A stretch of 64,000 bases of DNA, taken from positions 1 to 64,000 of the forward strand of contig NIVC01000334.1 in NCBI GenBank assembly GCA_002269645.1. The letters run 5' to 3'. A program made the translations under genes and the position numbers. The first letter of the stretch is position 1. Every line of letters starts with the position of its first letter. The DNA is from Macrostomum lignano (lineage: Eukaryota). Below, one piece after another: positions 1 through 12,667 of the stretch. Under the pieces are notes generated by a model that worked only from the letters and a program-made list of their open reading frames with translations, ran no database searches and was not told where the DNA came from.

Positions 1-51
1 AAACTGATGGGAGCCATAGGATAGAGACACAGGCACTGAGAACAGGTATAA

Positions 52-831
<780 letters not shown>

Positions 832-2218
832 CGATTAAGCGCGCAATTACAATCTGTGATCAGTGCTTTAGGCGTGCACTGATACAAGCGCGCAGTTTAC
901 CAAGGACTGCTCAAGTACGAAGTAGAAGGACATTACGGAGAATAGAGTTCTCATTTTTCAGCACAGTCTTTGTAAAGTTTTTTGGTAAAAGCTGCCTCAA
1001 AAAATCCAAGAAACGTATAGTTTCCGTCCTTCTACTTGAGCAGTCTTTGGCAGTTTGGTTGATGCAGACTGGCACAAGCACCCACTTACACACTTGAAAA
1101 AATATTCGTACATGCTTTTTCAACGCGTCACATGCCCCTAATACCATAATAATGATAATTCCTAGTTCAGGAACCAAAAGTGTCAGATGTGTATGCTCAG
1201 ACAGATGAGACAGTGAGCTCAACTTAAGCTCCGCATCACAATTATTTTTAAAAGCGACTAACAGCAGCAACCTGAAGCAGAGCCTAATCACCAACGCCAG
1301 CGATAACAGCACCAGCTAGAAAAGATAAGAAACTGACTGCAATTTAGGCAGAGCAAGAATACAGCTATAAATGATATGAGTAATCATATTTAGTAATATT
1401 AGTGATGACGTAGGCTTGGCAAGCGGTTGCCAGGGGGGGGGGTGCTTCCAGTTCTCAATTCGATATTGCAGTCTAGAATAACCGAGCCACCAATGAATCT
1501 GGCGGTTGTCCCGGATGTAAGAGAAAAAATGCTGTCATCCAGAGCAAGATAAGTCGGCTCAGGTGACTGATTGATACCAGGGCAGCTGCAGAAAGAATTG
1601 TAGTGGAGCTTCTATCCCTGAAAAGTCCATGCTCTCCATCCTCCCCGGTTAAAAGTGCAAACACGCAAGACGTTGATTCTAGAGTGGGGAGAAAGACGAG
1701 GAAATGGGAAAGGAGAGCGAGAGCAGAGAGGAAGCAATGAGAGGTAGGTTGGACCATAGCGCTGGACTGTCCCTTGCTCCACTCACACAAAGGTGAAGCG
1801 CTTGGCAAAAGTTGAAGACTGCGCGCTGTTTTTGCCGGGCGTCACGAGCGCCTTCTCAAAAACCCCAATCCCCTCCTCGGCCATCTCTCTCCCGGCATGC
1901 ATAGTACACGGCCGCCATTAGGCCAGTGATGACGATGCGAGAGAGAGAGAGATGAAGGATGCTGAGATGGCGTGCGCTGAACGAAATGAAAACAAGTAAG
2001 AGCCGCAAAGAGGCAGGCAAGGGCGGGTGGACGAGATGGGGAAAAATTGAAGGGATGCAGTCCGAGAGAGAGAGGCGAAACTCGGGATAGAGAAGAGAGT
2101 ATTGAGGGAAGACCTTCGCCCAAAGGCGCTTCAATCTCTCTCCTCTCTCCATCGTTCCCGCTGTTCCAATTCTCGGCCCTGCCTAAACCCGCAAGCTTAT
2201 GGCAAATGCGCCTATAGC

Positions 2219-2220
<2 letters not shown>

Positions 2221-2266
<46 letters not shown>
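2221..2266. repeat. (GT)n microsatellite
   Basis: Seen directly. Confidence 0.98.
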
Positions 2267-2268
<2 letters not shown>

Positions 2269-3277
2269 TTTCCCTCCCCTCTCCCCTTCTCCATCTCTCT
2301 ATATTGATCGGGCAGGCTACTGTTCCACGCGCAAAGTTGGCTATCCCAAAGGGATGGGGAAAGAACTTTAGGGAAGGAGGGCGAGGAGAGACCACACCGA
2401 TGTGGGATGTGCAGGACTATGGGGTGGGGTGGGTGGAAGAGAGGGAGGAGAGAGAACCCATCGACCTCTCGCCATATCGTTAGAAGGACAAATCTCTTTG
2501 CCACAAGGAAGGAGACGGGGTAGGGTAGCGCGGGAACGGCCGGGGAATGCGGGGGGTCTTGGGCTTGGGAGCGAGATTAAAGAGGGGGGTGGTGGTGGGC
2601 TTTGGTTTCTAATAATGGCTGGTCTGAAGCATTTTTAGGCATTGGTGAGCTAAAAACAGGCTCGGTCGGCTAAATATAGCCGGTATAGGATCACAGAGAG
2701 AGGGGGAGAGATAGGGGCGGGGGACACAGGAATAAGGCAAAAGAACTTGCTGGCCAAAGTAAATAATGGAGCACAAGGTCAGGCAGGCAAGGGGGGCTAT
2801 AATCACCGAGCGTGAGCAGCTCAGTTATTTATCCCGCAATTTAGCATAAAATAACAAGCCTATGATGATTGAAGGAGTCTGACAAAGGCAGGCAGAGAAT
2901 ACGCGAGCGATGAGCAGTGATATCGGCTCAGCAGAGCCTTCTTGTCTCTAAGTCTCGACTCTCTCCAGGAACTCTATAGATTGCAAGAAGACAAAAGAAT
3001 GCACAGCACAGCAGGTCTGGTTCAAAGCGGACGGGCAGCTGCTCGAAGCGCTCGGTGCGTATTATTAGCGACATGCCGCCTTTTCTGCATCTGTTTTAAA
3101 AGACAAGCCGGCAGCAACAAGAGGGGCGTGATGAAGGAGGCTGTGCCAAATACAGGTGTCGGTTAAATTACACAAATGGGAAGCCGTAAGGGAAATAGGG
3201 GTTATTTGTAAGAAGAGTGGAGGGACAGAAATATATCTTTGGGAAGAAGAAGCTGCTAAGTGCTCTTAATGAAATTA

Positions 3278-3942
3278 AATCTGAGCCTGAATATCGAGCT
3301 GAGCACCTGAACATGAACCTGAGCACCTGAATATGAATCTGAGCACCTGAATATGAATCTGAGCACCTGAATATGAATCTGAACACCTGAATATGAATCT
3401 GAGCACCTGAATATGAATCTGAGCACCTGAATATGAATCTGAGCACCTGAATATGAATCTGAGCACCTGAATATAAATCTGAACACCTGAATATGAATCT
3501 GAGCACGTGAACATGAATCTGAGCACCTGAAATGAATCTGAGCACCTGAATATAAATCTGAGCACCTGAATATGAATCTGAACACCTGAATATGAATCTG
3601 AGCTGAACATGAAATCATGAGCACCTGAATATGAATCTGAGCACCTGAATATGAACCTGAGCACCTGAAATAAAATCTGAGCACCTGAATATAAATCTGA
3701 ACACCTGAATATGAATCTGAGCACCTGAATATGAATCTGAGCACCTGAATATGAATCTGAGCACCTGAATATGATCTGAGCACCTGAATATGAATCTGAG
3801 CACCTGAATATAAATCTGAGCACCTGAATATAAATCTGAAACACGAATATGAATCTGAGCACCTGAATATGAATCTGAGCACCTGAATATGAATCTGAGC
3901 ACCTGAATATGAATCTGAGCAGCTGAATATGAATCTGAGCAC
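3278..3942. repeat. 20-bp minisatellite (CTGAATATGAATCTGAGCAC)n
   Basis: About 30 near-identical units. Confidence 0.95.
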
Positions 3943-4629
3943 AAGAAATGTTGAGTATTTAGCTAATTTTAAAACACGCGATGATGCCTGCCAAATTGGA
4001 AATGATTGATCGATCAGACAAGTCAGAGTGTGCTGGTAAGCTGGCAATCGAGCCAATAACAATGGTAATAATAGAATATAAACTATGCAGTATAACTATC
4101 CTGGAAAACAACGGAAGCCACACCAAAGCTATAGAGATCAGTTCTAGACCACTAAGACTAAGTTTTATTAGTTATAGCATACAGCAACAGGTTGCCTGTA
4201 GTAGCCAGACTAGGATCATTACCCTTTGCACTAGCTTAATCTGGCCGGTTGCTTACAATGCATACACAATGGCTAATAAGCTCCCGGCCTGTCCCCGCCT
4301 TCGCTAGCGCCGAAACTCACGGAAAGCCAAACAATTCACAGTGTGAAGCTTTTCCTACCTTGTTAAACAGGACATGCAGGTAGGGGCAGGACCCGCCGCC
4401 TCGTGTTGTGTTCAGAGAATTAAACAGCCCCCCCATTACTTGCCAATCTGTTGTCCTCTATCATCTATTTATAATTTGTTCACGGATAAACTTAGACAGC
4501 AGGCTCTAAGCAATGCTTTGAACAAGAGAAGCAGGTTGGCTTTGAAAATTAGGGGCCAGGTGGGGTAATGACTGGATTAAAGCAATGAGTAGCAAAACAG
4601 ATCCAAACATGCGTATGCTTACCGCCAGT

Positions 4630-4870
4630 CTGCATGATTTCAATCAAGCATGATTATCATCCAATCAGCATGATATCACCAAATATGCATGATTATCATC
4701 AAATCTGCATGATTATCATCAATCAGCATGATTATCATCCAATCAGCATTATTATCATCAATCAGCATGATTATCATTAAATCTGCATGGTTATAATCAA
4801 ATCTCCATGATTATCATCAAATCTGCATGATTATTACCAAATCTGCATTATTATCACCCAAACTGCATCA
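4630..4870. repeat. degenerate ~20-bp minisatellite (ATCTGCATGATTATCATCAA)n
   Basis: About 12 diverged units. Confidence 0.85.
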
Positions 4871-4979
4871 CAGAACTTCTTAGCAATCCTACGCATAATA
4901 TCATTATACCCTATTATAATTTTTACAATAAGCATTACAATAAGCATTTTCAACGCTGCTTAAACGGTAGTCAACTCAC

Positions 4980-5183
4980 ATCCATGATGTCTTTGTTCGT
5001 GCGACTCTCGTGGGGTTCATTGTACTCGGTGTACTTTAACAGCACCTTGTCCATATCGTTGCTGGCGTACTGGAACAGCCTGTTAGTATTGTTGAATATG
5101 ATGATGGCGATCTCGCAGTCGCACAGGACCGACAGTTCGTAAGCTTTCTTCATCAGGCCGAACTTTCGCTTGGTGAATGTCAC
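4980..5183 (-). CDS. MEF2: MEF2 coding exon 2 (MADS-box C-terminal part plus MEF2 domain)
   Basis: [68 protein letters not shown]. Acceptor cag|GTG at 5183, donor GAT|gtgagt at 4980. The 204-nt phase 0-0 exon matches the conserved MEF2 exon. Downstream exons were not recognised in the window. Confidence 0.97.
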
Positions 5184-5282
5184 CTGGACAAATTCATTAG
5201 TAGATGCAGATGATGCAATATCAAAATTTCAATGGGACTTGACTTGATGAGGGATTCAGATTAGATTATACGAGGGATCTGC

Positions 5283-5416
5283 CTGTCTCTGTCTGTCTGT
5301 CTGTCTGTCTCAGTGTCTGTCTTAGTGTCTAGTGTCTGTCTGTCTGTCTGTCTTCTGTCTGTCTTGTCTGTCTGTCTGTCTGTCATAGTGTCTTTGTTCT
5401 GTGCCTTAGTGTCTAG

Positions 5417-5457
<41 letters not shown>

Positions 5458-5583
5458 TAGTGTCTGTCTTAGTGTCTTAGTGTCTGTCTGTCTGTCTGTC
5501 TTAGTGTCTGCCTGTCTGCCTTAGTGTCTGTCTGTCTGTCTTAGTGTCTGTCCGTCTGTCTGTCTGTCAGTCTTGTATCTGTC
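5283..5583. repeat. (TCTG)n tract with TTAGTG/CTAGTG interruptions in MEF2 intron
   Basis: Seen directly. Confidence 0.9.
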
Positions 5584-5586
5584 TGT

Positions 5587-5690
5587 CACATGCGCGCCAA
5601 TACTGTACGCAGGCACGCAGTCTTACACACGCTCTCACAGGGTGTACAGCGGCCCTGACTTGCTAATCATCAGGCATGTACAGTCTCTGT
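5587..5690 (+). repeat. dispersed ~90-100 bp repeat, copy 1 (others at 19520-19598 minus and 48275-48373 plus)
   Basis: Shared core GCGCGCCAATACTGTACGCAGGCACG...CAGGGTGTACAGCGGCCCTGACT in all three copies. Confidence 0.85.
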
Positions 5691-5836
5691 GCCTTGGGCT
5701 GGCCCTCATGGGTGTGAATCGCAGAGGACAATCTCCCGGTAAATTATCCGCACACAAGCGAAAATGAATGCGGCCGCGTCCTTAGCATTTGCCTGTCCCC
5801 CTGTCGCCCTCCCCAGTCCCCAGCGTGGCAACTCAC

Positions 5837-5886
5837 CTGCCTGTTCCGCTCGTCCTCAATCCTGGAGATATTTTCTTTCTACCCAT
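5837..5886 (-). pseudogene. MEF2: MEF2 coding exon 1 with a 4-nt deletion (frameshifted as given)
   Basis: ATGGGTAGAAAGAAAAT-ATCTCCAGGATTGAGGACGAGCGGAACAGGCAG|gtgagt gives MGRKK.. and ISRIEDERNRQ in different frames. It is 50 nt rather than the 54 nt expected. A 5'UTR acceptor ttgttgcag| lies at 5963. Confidence 0.85.
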
Positions 5887-6398
5887 CTTAGCGGACAGCG
5901 GATCTATTGTTGGCTTGTCAACCTTGTCAACGCTTTTAACTGCTTTGCGACCGACCCGATTATCTGCAACAAATAGATAATGCCGTTTGATTTATAAATT
6001 TTCACCCTATAATTCAAGCTTTAAGTTCCAGATGCTTACTTTAACACTACAATTTATGAATTCGAGTCTATGCAAGCGAATATGTTGCTGAGTAAGGCTT
6101 GCAATCAATTTTCTCGAATATTAATAAAGGACTAATGACAAAGGCGAGCACGGTTTTAATGAGTTGTCTGTTATAACTATTTAGTATTTACAGGCGAGCT
6201 TAAGCCGGAGAGACTGAGCACAGGCAGCATTGCACGCGATCGTAACGCTTTTATGCCCGAATCATTGCCTAAGGCGGGTGAGGAGGGTGGGGCAGGGACT
6301 GGGGGGTTGGCACAGGCTTGACAGTTTAAACTATCCGGCAGCTACTATCTGGCCTTGCCAGTTCCAGCCAATAGGAAGCAGGCAGGCTTTGCTTGGCT

Positions 6399-8240
6399 CA
6401 AGGAGACCCAAAAAAACCAGCAGTCTGGACTGGAGTGGCGACTCCCCTCAAAACCCGCCACTTTCAGACAACTATAGGCTGACTATTGTTTCCTCAACTT
6501 ATGCATAAATGTTTGTAATGCAGAAAACATTTTTATTGCTTGAATTTATTGCACTTTTAAACAAAAGATAAAAGTACTTTACCCAATTGCTCAAGAACAT
6601 AGAGGACATACTCAGTTCTACCAAACCGAATTAATGATAATACTTGAAGATTAGTTACATAGACTAGCAATCTTGTGTCTCCCTTTGGGCGGCCAATTAG
6701 CAAGGGAAGAAAATTATTAATGCGTATCCTATGACTTCACATCTTAGCGATTCCCCAGTAAGCCTTGACATCTCAGCAATACCCGCCCTCCAGTAAGCCT
6801 TGAACTCTTAGCAATACCCCCAGTAAGCCTTGACATCTTAGCAATTCCCTGAGTAAGCATTGAACTCTTAGCAATTCCCCCAGTAAGCCTTGACATCTCA
6901 GCAATACCCCAGTAAGCACTGACATCTCAGAAATTCCCCCAGTAAGTCTTGAAATCTCAGCAATACCCCCAGTAAGCACTGACATCTCAGCAATACCCCC
7001 AGTAAGCACTGACATCTCAGAAATTCCCCCAGTAAGCCTTGAAATCTCAGCAATACCCCAGTAAGCACTGACATCTCAGCAATACCCCAGTAAGCACTGA
7101 CATCTCAGAAATTCCCCCAGTAAGCCTTGAAATCTCAGCAATACCCCAGTAAGCACTGACATCTCAGCAATACCCCAGTAAGCCTTGACATCTCAGCAAT
7201 ACCCCAGTAAGCACTGACATCTCAGAAATTCCCCAGTAAGTCTTGAAATCTCAGCAATACCCCAGTAAGCACTGACATCTCAGCAATACCCCCAGTAAGC
7301 ACTGACATCTCAGAAATTCCCCCAGTAAGCCTTGAAATCTCAGCAATACCCCAGTAAGCCTTGACATCTCAGCAATACCCCAGTAAGCACTGACATCTCA
7401 GAAATTCCCCAGTAAGCCTTGAAATCTCAGCAATACCCCAGTAAGCACTGACATCTCAGCAATACCCCAGTAAGCACTGACATCTCAGAAATTCCCCCAG
7501 TAAGCCTTGAAATCTCAGCAATACCCCAGTAAGCACTGACATCTCAGCAATACCCCAGTAAGCACTGACATCTCAGAAATTCCCCAGTAAGCACTGACAT
7601 CTCAGCAATACCCCAGTAAGCACTGACATCTCAGAAATTCCCCCAGTAAGCCTTGAAATCTCAGCAATACCCCAGTAAGCACTGACATCTCAGAAATTCC
7701 CCCAGTAAGCCTTGAAATCTCAGCAATACCCCCAGTAAGCACTGACATCTCAGCAATACCCCAGTAAGCCTTGACATCTCAGCAATACCCCAGTAAGCCT
7801 TGACATCTCAGCAATTCCCCCAGTAAGCCTTGACATCTCAGCAATACCCCAGTAAGCCTTGACATCTCAGCAATTCCCCCAGTAAGCCTTGACATCTCAG
7901 CAATACCCCAGTAAGCCTTGACATCTCAGCAATTCCCCCAGTAAGCACTGACATCTCAGCAATACCCCCAGTAAGCACTGACATCTCAGAAATTCCCCTA
8001 GTAAGCCTTGAAATCTCAGCAATACCCCAGTAAGCACTGACATCTCAGAAATTCCCCCAGTAAGCCTTGAAATCTCAGCAATTCCCCAGTAAGCCTTGAA
8101 ATCTCAGCAATTCCCCAGTAAGCCTTGAAATCTCAGCAATAGCCCAGTAAGCCTACATTTGCAAACTAAACTAAAGCCTACAGCTGTCTAAAAATGGCAA
8201 GTCGCCACTCCAGACTGCTGGGTTTTTTCGGGTCTCCTTG
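6399..8240. mobile_element. putative non-autonomous foldback/MITE-like element with ~65-80 bp inverted termini enclosing a minisatellite
   Basis: 6399-6480 (CAAGGAGACCCAAAAAAACCAGCAGTCTGG..GTGGCGACT..GCCACTTTCAGACAACTATAGGCT) matches the reverse complement of 8175-8240. No transposase ORF. Confidence 0.65.
6745..8155. repeat. 29-30 bp minisatellite (CCCCAGTAAGCACTGACATCTCAGCAATA)n
   Basis: About 47 units with recurring variants. Confidence 0.96.
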
Positions 8241-8634
8241 TGCTTGCAACTGCAGCTCTCTCTCAGCCGGCTGGAAGCGGACTCAAAAGCGAAGACTAGA
8301 GCTCGGGGAAGAGGAGACTAATGAAAAATAGAAACGGCCTGTCTATTAGCTACTAAAGCTAGAAAGGATGTGGGGAGAGAAAAATACGAGAGGATTCTAG
8401 CTGCGAATAAACAAATTCCCATTTATATTGGTACTATCTCCATGTATACTTTTGTGGCAATAGATGGCGTCAGCGTCAACTAGTAGCTAAGGCGCATTAG
8501 TCATAAATGCGCGGATTATAAATAAATCACTGGTCAACACTTATGTGCGGCAGAAGTACAGAAAAATTATTATTATCAAAAGAATCCAATTTATAATAAA
8601 ATTGGAAACAAAAAGCGTCGTTTGGGTGTCGCCT

Positions 8635-8870
8635 TTTGAATGGCGCCGTGTGAATGGCGTTGCTGGAGTGGCGCCTTTTGAGCGGCGCCTTTTGAGCGGC
8701 ACCTTATGAGCGGCGCCTTTTGAGCGGCGCCGTTTGAGTAGCGCCTTTTAAACGGCGCTTTTTGAGTGGCGCCGTGTGAATGGCGCTGTTTAAGTGGCGC
8801 CTTTTGAGCGGCGCTTTTTGAGTGGCGCCGTTTGAATGGCGCTGTTTAAGTGGCGCCGTTTGAGTGGCGC
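8635..8870. repeat. 14-bp repeat (GGCGCCTTTTGAGC)n
   Basis: About 15 diverged units. Confidence 0.85.
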
Positions 8871-9267
8871 GTCGCGCTGTTTGGGTGGCTCAGAAATGAG
8901 CAGCAACCAATAAGTACTCCGCTTATGCAGCATACACAGGACCATTAGCTAGTGAAAAAGCGCAAACAGAATTTATCACAATTATGCTTTGAACTTTGTT
9001 ATTTCGAGTATTGAAAATTTTAAACACAAAAACGCACGCAATTGATTTTCGGCTTGGCTAATAAAGCCAGCTAATCCGAACCAGGGGATCTGAGGCAGCC
9101 AGGTAGATGCGTTTTTGGGGCAATACAAAAAAGCGAAAGCAGATAAAATGAAGAATTGAAGGCATGCTATTGTCTGAATTGAGATAGAAGGATTTGAGTT
9201 TGCAGTGCAGCAGCAGGTAATCGTACAGGTTGATAGTACATACAGGATTCTTCGTAGACTCAATGAC

Positions 9268-9888
9268 GATTCTAAATTAGGCTAGAGGGCGATTCTAGAT
9301 TAGGCTAGATGGCGATTTTAGATTAGACTATAGGGTGGTTTTAGATTAGGCTGGAGGGCGATTCTAGATTAGGCTAGAGGGCGATTCTAGATTAGGCTAG
9401 ATGGCGATTTTAGATTAGACTATAGGGTGGTTTTAGATTAGGCTGGAGGGCGATTCTAGATTAGGCTAGAGGGCGATTCTAGATTAGGCTAGATGGCGAT
9501 TTTAGATTAGACTATAGGGTGGTTCTAGATTAGGCTGGAGGGCGATTCTAGATTAGGCTAGAGGGCGATTCTAGATTAGACTATAGGGTGGTTCTAGATT
9601 AGGCTATAGGGTGGTTCTAGATTAGGCTAGAGGGCGATTCTAGATTAGGTTAGAGGGCGATTTTTAGATTAGACTATAGGGTGGTTCTAGATTAGGCTGG
9701 AGGGCGATTCTAGATTAGACAATAGGGTGGTTCAAGATTAGGCTAGAGGGCGATTCTAGATTAGGCTAGAGGGCGATTCTAGATTAGGCTGGAGGGCGAT
9801 TCTAGATTAGACAATAGGGTGGTTCAAGATTAGGCTAGAGGGCGATTCTAGATTAGGCTAGAGGGCGATTCTAGATTAGGCTGGAGGG
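9268..9888. repeat. 23-bp minisatellite (CTAGATTAGGCTAGAGGGCGATT)n with alternating variant
   Basis: Seen directly; higher-order alternation with CTAGATTAGACTATAGGGTGGTT. Confidence 0.93.
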
Positions 9889-11920
9889 CCGACTGTCAGC
9901 AGAGACAGACAAACACACCCTGAAGCTGAAGTATAGGGAGAGCAGAAACCCGAGTCGCTCCTGTCATTAAGCTAAGTAATAAGGAGGCTGCGCACGGATT
10001 CTCCATTCTCATCTGCGGCCTTTTTATTTCACTCTTGCCTTTCGCTCTCAATCTACTATACCGCTATGCATTGAGTTCACTGTCAAAAAAAATATATATC
10101 CTTTGTCGCATCTATGACTGAATATTGAGCTCATGCTTACCTTTTCCCTACCCCAGAGAGCAGAGAGCCGTGAATTAGGGAGAGACAGATAGAGACAGAG
10201 ATTGGGGACTCTGAGAGCGATCGCGTTGCCGCTAATAGCGAAGTACATTGCTCCTACTGTTGCTCTTTCCCGTCTCCCTCTCTCCCTTGATCGCTTCCTT
10301 TGGAAGCGGCATCCATTTCACAGGTGCTTGGAGGTGTCAGTGTCAGATAACCGACTCAACTCTCAGCCCATCTCTCTCTCTCTCTCTCTCTCTACGACTA
10401 GAGGATTAGCCGGGGCGCCATCATCGCCGCCGCTATGGGCTTTTAAATCTCGCCTCGCCTTTGATCTGCCATCCATTTTCCGTCCATCGGCTAACCCGGC
10501 CGCCCCTCTCTCAGCCGCCCACGCACAGCAGCAGAGAGCACCAAACACAGCAGCAGCGAGCACCAAACAAACCCGCGGCTCACGGCTCGCACCAACCCAG
10601 CTTCCCGAGTACAGACAGGTTCCATGATCCTTACTCCTACTCTTCATCCCTTTCCTTCTCCTCCCCTGCTCAGAGGCAGACAGGAATTCGAATAAGGTAA
10701 AAAAGAACTCAAACAGAGGCCGGAGCTTATCTGACTGGCTAGCAGATTCACTTCAGAATGTATGAAGTGCAGAGGTGAACAGTATGGATTCTGAAAGGAG
10801 AAGGCCGGCTCTCTAGTTTATCTGTGGGGCTTCGAAAGTGCAGCAAAAATGTATACAGGGATTTTAACCTGATGGCTTTTGACAAAAGCAGCTGAAGACA
10901 GAGAGTTGTTGGCTGGTTGAAGATAAGATAAGTAGGACAGGCACGTGACATTGGGCTATCCTATTGGTTTGTGTCGCATTGAATCAATAATATTTATCAT
11001 GCATAATGCATTTTAACCACTAATACTGATAGATTTATTCATTTCTACTTTAAGTAGTCTATTGCAAAATGATATACATGCCACAACAGTTTCAGAATGA
11101 CTGTATAGCTTATCATATAATTGGATTTTTGATTACTTTAGAAAAGCTAGCAGAGTAAATTAGTTCACTGATTACTCATAAGGCAATTAGCAACATTAGG
11201 TACAAAATGTTTTGTGATATATATACAATCAAAAACTTATTTAAGACAATTAAGATTATCAAACAAAGGGACTATATTTATAAAATAGTTATATCTTTTT
11301 AAATACTATCTACAAATATGCAAAAAGTAAAAAAACAAAAACATGCTAATCTTTTAGCATATGATCCAGGCTAATGGCTACTGCCTCCAATCTATTTAAA
11401 GACATCCTGCTGCTCACCTTGCAGGGTCCATTCAGGCGGGGTTAGGCCCAAACCTATTGATATTTGGACTGCCTGCTGTGCAACATTGGGGTGCCCAACG
11501 CTGCCAACAGAGTAGACTGTTGCTCCTAGACTCTGCAGCACGCCATCTGATGCACCCTGCTCTAACTTTGACCTTTGCTTGCAAGGCCACATATATTGTT
11601 GTTGTTGTATGCTAATCTATTTATAGAACCACATGATTTCCATATTTTCAAACTTGTTTATATTCCAACAAAATTAAAAGCAAAATGACTACAAATAACG
11701 TTAATGTAAGTTAATTATAAAAGCAAACTAAAGAACTGTAATAACAAATAAAATGTAATCTAACCTATTTTGAAAATGCTATTTTTATTTTAGTACAATA
11801 TAATGTACTCATACATGTGCAACCTCCTAAATTGGTCATGCAACTTAGTTACAACAAAAAATGCAACATAGTTTTTGGCCAAAAATGCAACTTACATGTA
11901 AAAGAAACCCTAAAGCAAAA

Positions 11921-11998
11921 TTAATGCAACTTTGGATAAATAGCAGGAGTAACTATGACTGTCTTATTAAGGCAAAATGCCTCATTATCTACTTAGTA
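11921..11998 (+). pseudogene. decayed 28S rRNA fragment (R2/I-PpoI target region)
   Basis: AAATAGCAGGAGTAACTATGACTGTCTTATTAAGGCAAAATGCCTCATTATCTACTTAGT aligns to the conserved 28S AAACGGCGGGAGTAACTATGACTCTCTTAAGGTAGCCAAATGCCTCGTCATCTAATTAGT (recalled from memory). Confidence 0.75.
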
Positions 11999-12247
11999 CT
12001 ACTTGGGTATTTATTTGGAGGGGGGCATTTTTGCAACTTACCTTGGTTGGCTGCCAAATCAGTTGGCCAAAGTGGCCAACTTGGCCAACTGTTGCACATG
12101 TATGAATATACTTACAAAGCAAATTTGGTATACTATCTAAAGATACACATTTTAAGTCAGTTCCATAATATAATACAATAAATATATTTTTGTATCATTA
12201 AATAAAAAAGACCCAAATATATAAAATAGATTGCATATCAACCACAC

Positions 12248-12667
12248 TCTGGATCATGTAGTATACACACAAAATTTTGGGCATGCATTGGCCTTGCATG
12301 CCAAAAGTTAGGCATGCATTGTTGGCATGCAGGACTCCTAAGAAAAAAGTGTGTCTAGACAACTAGTATGCAATGCATAGAATCACACAGAAGAGTTAGT
12401 ATTAAGTGGAAAAATATTGAAAAGTTAATTTTTAAGCATAAATTTCAAGCTTTCTAGTTTTTATGCTCATAATATACTATTAAAACAAATGCTTATATGC
12501 ATTGACTTTTTAGTATAAATAGCATAGGCAAAAAAGATAAATTATCAACCAAATTATCAGCCAAAAAGGGTACTTTTATTAAAAGTATGGGCATGCACCT
12601 AAATTAATTTGGTATGCATTTATAACCCTTAAATTTTTGTTTGGGTGTGCAACTAGCATGATCCAGA
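12248..12667. mobile_element. putative ~420-bp MITE
   Basis: Perfect 11-bp terminal inverted repeat TCTGGATCATG/CATGATCCAGA extends imperfectly (TAGT..CACAC..AAAATTT). No clear TSD. Confidence 0.45.

Noticed and set aside
2670-2679. Perfect MEF2 site CTAAATATAG in the MEF2 intron (another, CTATTTATAG, at 11617)
   Set aside because: A few such 10-mers are expected by chance in 64 kb of this composition; no conservation data support autoregulation.
4500-4568. ALNKRS peptide resembling the start of MEF2 exon 3
   Set aside because: It is on the plus strand, opposite to MEF2.
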